This document shows positions 62,763 through 64,000 of a stretch of 64,000 nucleotides of DNA, in pieces. Origin of the DNA: an uncultured Planctomycetota bacterium (GTDB taxonomy: Bacteria; Planctomycetota; Planctomycetia; Isosphaerales; Isosphaeraceae); the NCBI GenBank assembly GCA_963823665.1, contig CAWGMQ010000005.1:1088001-1152000 (forward strand). Reading direction: 5' to 3'. Every line of letters starts with the position of its first letter. The stretch's first letter is position 1. The notes under the pieces were generated by a model. It was given only the letters and a program-made list of their open reading frames with translations. It had not been told where the DNA came from and did no database searches. Made by a program: the position numbers and the translations under genes.

Positions 62763-63011
62763 TTATGGATTTTTGCAGACACACCTGCCACCGGGAGCTT
62801 CAGAAACACCGTTCGAGTCGCAGCATTGGCATGCACCAGAAGTGCAGCGCCACACGTCTAGTGGAGAGGTGCACTTTCGATTGTTTGGGTCACCTTGACA
62901 GATGTTAATATCGTGTCGAAACGACGCAGAGATGCCATGGCCGGAAGAACGGCTGGCCGGCCAGAAGTTTCCTGTACGAACCACGGCTCCGGTTTGCAAG
63001 GGAAGCTTCAT
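62763..63011 (-). CDS. Cys-rich precursor-like peptide 2 (82 aa, 8 Cys)
   Basis: MKLPLQTGAVVR...GISAS|FRHDINICQGDPNNRKCTSPLDVWRCTSGACQCCDSNGVSEAPGGRCVCKNP; RBS AAGGAGA. Confidence 0.82.
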   Translation of the reverse strand: MKLPLQTGAVVRTGNFWPASRSSGHGISASFRHDINICQGDPNNRKCTSPLDVWRCTSGACQCCDSNGVSEAPGGRCVCKNP

Positions 63012-63060
63012 GTCCGGTCTCCTTTCAAATGGACCCTTGGAAAAACGGTGCGCGGATGGC

Positions 63061-63309
63061 CTATACATTGCAGACACACCTGCCACCGGCTTCCTGATGA
63101 ACACCCTTCAGGCCGCCGCAGCATTGGCACGCACCAGAAAGGCAGCTTTGCACCTGCAGGGGAGGGGTGCACTTTCGATTGCTGATGTCTCCTCCACAGA
63201 TGTTAACGTCGGTTCGAAATGACGCGGAGACGCCTTGGGCGGAAGAACGGCGGGCCGGCCAGGAGTTTCCTGCACGAAGGACGGCTGCGGTTTGCAAGGG
63301 AAGCTTCAT
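63061..63309 (-). CDS. Cys-rich precursor-like peptide 1 (82 aa, 8 Cys)
   Basis: MKLPLQTAAVLR...GVSAS|FRTDVNICGGDISNRKCTPPLQVQSCLSGACQCCGGLKGVHQEAGGRCVCNV; RBS AAGGAGA. Confidence 0.82.
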   Translation of the reverse strand: MKLPLQTAAVLRAGNSWPARRSSAQGVSASFRTDVNICGGDISNRKCTPPLQVQSCLSGACQCCGGLKGVHQEAGGRCVCNV

Positions 63310-63355
63310 GTCCAGTCTCCTTGTAGGTGCCCCGGCGCGGTGGGCGGCGACAAAT

Positions 63356-64000
63356 TCAGCGGGTGAACCATGAGCGCGTCGGGCCGACGGTCACCGGCAC
63401 GGTGTCGCTCACGTCCACCGTAAACCGATAGACCCGGCGCACCGTCTGCACCTGCCGCTCGGGGTAGAAGAAATACACCTCGACATCCCAGCAGTCCGAG
63501 CCAGGCCGGCAGATCGGGCTGCGAACCACGTTGATGCTTTCCAATTCCATCGTTTCCTTGAGGGCGGACTCGTAGACCTTGTCGAATGCAAACGCATTCG
63601 TCGCCGCGAAATTGATCGCCCGGTCCTGCGGGGCCAGGCCCAGGTTGCGCAGCCCGTGGTAAACGCGGTCGAGGAAGTTGCGGACGCCCGCCGTGCGCTG
63701 GGCGTGCGCATCCTGCTCGTGCTACGGAGCCTCCGCCGCGGGCGCGGGGCCGGCCACCGCGTCCGCCAGGGCCGCAGTCGTCCAGCTAAACATGCCACGC
63801 AATTCCGGCACGATGACGGCAACCACCTGCCCCGACAGTAGCGTGGCCTTACCGGCGACGACGCCCGCGATCGATACGCGCTCGACCCCCTCGTCCAGTC
63901 GCTCGCGCAGGAACCGCCGCAGTTCCTTGTACGCATCGGCGGCGAACGGACCTTGCGGCCGGACCGCGTAAATCGCAGTGCCGTCGAGGGCGAGGGTCCA
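63356..64000 (-). CDS. C-terminal domain of a cyanobactin maturation protease-like protein (PatA/PatG C-terminal DUF); 5' part beyond the window; in-frame TAG at 63722-63724
   Basis: Manual translation WTLALDGTAIYAVRPQGPFAADAY...VERVSIAG...LLSGQVV..IVPELRGMFSW...AP*HEQ...NFLDRVYHGLRNLG..PQDRAINFAATNAF...LESINVVRSPICRPGSDCWDVEVYFFYPE...RRVYRFTVDVSD.VPVTVG..RSW. Confidence 0.88.

Noticed and set aside
62468..63309. Canonical cyanobactin precursors or a DGR repeat pair
   Set aside because: No short cassettes with AYD/SYD followers; differences between units are not adenine-specific and no reverse transcriptase is in the window.

Overview
High-GC bacterial chromosome segment, most likely a planctomycete of the Isosphaeraceae type (inferred from a PVC-type CxxCH dehydrogenase, LExRxLL extracellular proteins, DUF4058, a long SecA and a kinase-WD40 protein). 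1-28 kb is mostly ordinary or core genes (HhH/ComEA-like, YpfJ-type peptidase, sorbosone dehydrogenase, TPR, NtrBC-type two-component system, secA, waaA). It also holds a tandem array of four Gly/Met-rich exported paralogs alternating with three small signal-peptide proteins ending in -RC, and a frameshifted protein-arginine deiminase. About 28.7-58 kb is a decaying accessory region: many toxin-antitoxin genes and fragments, a complete IS21 with a 7-bp target duplication inside a HEPN-motif gene, a split AbiTii-like gene, a SEFIR/TIR-STAND-FGE protein and two degenerate tRNA-Ala(TGC) fragments. The most striking feature is at the right end: three tandem 81-82 aa precursor-like genes spaced exactly 298 bp apart, each with a cyanobactin-type leader (MKLPxQxxAVxR), a PatA-type cleavage motif (GVSAS/GISAS/GIQPA) and an 8-Cys core. 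They lie directly downstream of a PatA/PatG C-terminal-domain gene, suggesting an atypical cyanobactin-protease-linked system for Cys-rich miniproteins. All calls come from manual motif reading; no searches were run.
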